A stretch of DNA of 64,000 bases from Octopus sinensis. Taxonomy: Eukaryota. Position 1 is the stretch's first letter. Every line of letters begins with the position of its first letter. Made by a program: the position numbers and the translations under genes. This document shows positions 62,840 through 64,000 of the stretch, in pieces. The notes under the pieces were generated by a model. The model ran no database searches, was not told the origin of the DNA, and saw only the letters and a list, made by a program, of their open reading frames with translations. The DNA lies in the NCBI RefSeq assembly GCF_006345805.1, contig NC_043012.1:16182001-16246000 (forward strand), given 5' to 3'.

Positions 62840-63184
62840 ATTTACATGCAATGATTTATAACTATATCTACTTAGACAGTTGAGGTTGTTAGATTTTTAC
62901 ACTTAAAAATGCCTGGCCATTTAGAGAAAATGTCAACAACCACTAAGCAGTATGACCCATTTAAGGGACCAGCGAAATCACTGTGTAATTTCGACCGGGA
63001 ACATCTACTTTTGACCAAGTTTCACTTTTGATCTTCGATAACTGTGCCGCTAGAGCACATCCTCTACAGCCTTTCATTAAATTTTCGATTTCTTTGTCCA
63101 TTTTTGTCCAGTACTCGGAGCTACGCCCTAAAGCTTTCGTCATCGAAATACCAGGATGTCCAACAGGAAATGTCCAACATGAAA
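62840..63184 (-). pseudogene. Gypsy/Ty3 integrase remnant (HHCC zinc domain and start of the core)
   Basis: HVGHPGIS..KALGRSSEYWTKMDKEIENLMKGCRGC, then GPLNGSYCLVVVDIFSKWP. Confidence 0.8.
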
Positions 63185-63870
63185 TGTAATGGTGTCGACC
63201 ATACTTTCAATCTCTACCTCTGCAGATTGTGCCACCATATCGAGACTTTGTCCTTGCCAGTTCCTGTGGGGTGTCCTGGTGGCCTGTAGGACCACCACCT
63301 TCTCCTCCATGCCTAACAGTATGCCAGCCACCAGCCAGGTTACATCCACTTCTGGGGTTATTTCCTCTAACCTAACCTTGGAAGCACTCCTCCCAATGTA
63401 TACGGGTAGAAGCACCACTTCGTCCGTTTTCAATGATGTTGCCGAGTGCAGACTGGCGTTAGCTACCTCTCGGAACTGCACCTCCACTGTTCCAAACTTT
63501 TTTCCTCTGGCAAGGCAGGACATTACTTGCCAGACTGGCCTCAACGCCTTTTCAGCTTGTGCCTCCGACACCACTACTATTTTCTTTGTTGCCACCGCGT
63601 ATGTTCTCTAAATAAACGATCTTTCTTCCTTAACCTTTAACACTTCTTTCGGGTGGGGAACACCTTCACGTCGTTCCCCTCCCTTTTAAGTATTTCTTTA
63701 AACTTGCTCAGCTCTTCCAGACTTATGTCCTCAACTTTTCCTTTACCGCTGCAGCATAATCCCTCATTTCCACCATTGCGTCAATCTTCTTTAAACATTT
63801 CACCAATTCTTCATCAGACGACATAAAGTCTGAAGAAGAACTCAAATTTCCGTAATTCATTATTCAACAC
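63185..63870 (-). pseudogene. ORF1/gag-like coding remnant, homologous to 37320-38040
   Basis: EKALRPVW, LARGKKFGTVE, VLLPVYIGRSAS, EVDVTWLVAGILLGMEE, NWQGQSL; upstream frames broken. Confidence 0.55.
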
Positions 63871-64000
63871 CCCTCCATTAAACAAGAGGGAAAACGTCGC
63901 ACCGCCAAGACAACCAAAATAACGTGTATTACATTCAAAATCCACAACCCAACTAACAAACGCTATACCGGAAGCAAGCATCTTACCACACGGCCGCAGC

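Overview
Very AT-rich, repeat-dense eukaryotic (animal) DNA with no confidently identifiable host gene, no true tRNA/rRNA gene and no CRISPR array. The tRNA-derived SINE families, very frequent (TA)n/(CA)n/(GTAT)n microsatellites and transposon types resemble what I recall from octopus/cephalopod genomes (inference, not verified). The window looks intronic or intergenic. Main elements: a near-complete CR1/L2-group LINE ORF2 (11.6-14.6 kb; endonuclease plus RT, four small indels, no nonsense codon seen), about 25 copies of four SINE families, Tc1/mariner/maT remnants, two MITEs, two non-autonomous Helitrons, RTE and Gypsy fragments, and two diverged copies of an unplaced ORF1/gag-like coding sequence. 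Two signals stand out. (1) About a dozen minimal type-I hammerhead-ribozyme motifs from several unrelated sequence families, with short stem I, palindromic stem III and variable stem II. Several lie in long inverted or tandem repeats, as expected for Penelope-like terminal repeats or retrozyme-like elements. (2) The LINE 3' end aligns without gaps to the 3' tail of the commonest CORE-like SINE, and both carry a 5-bp hairpin whose stem sequence covaries between variants. All structure calls were made by eye and need computational and biochemical checks. Almost all short ORFs in the supplied track are microsatellite or repeat noise.
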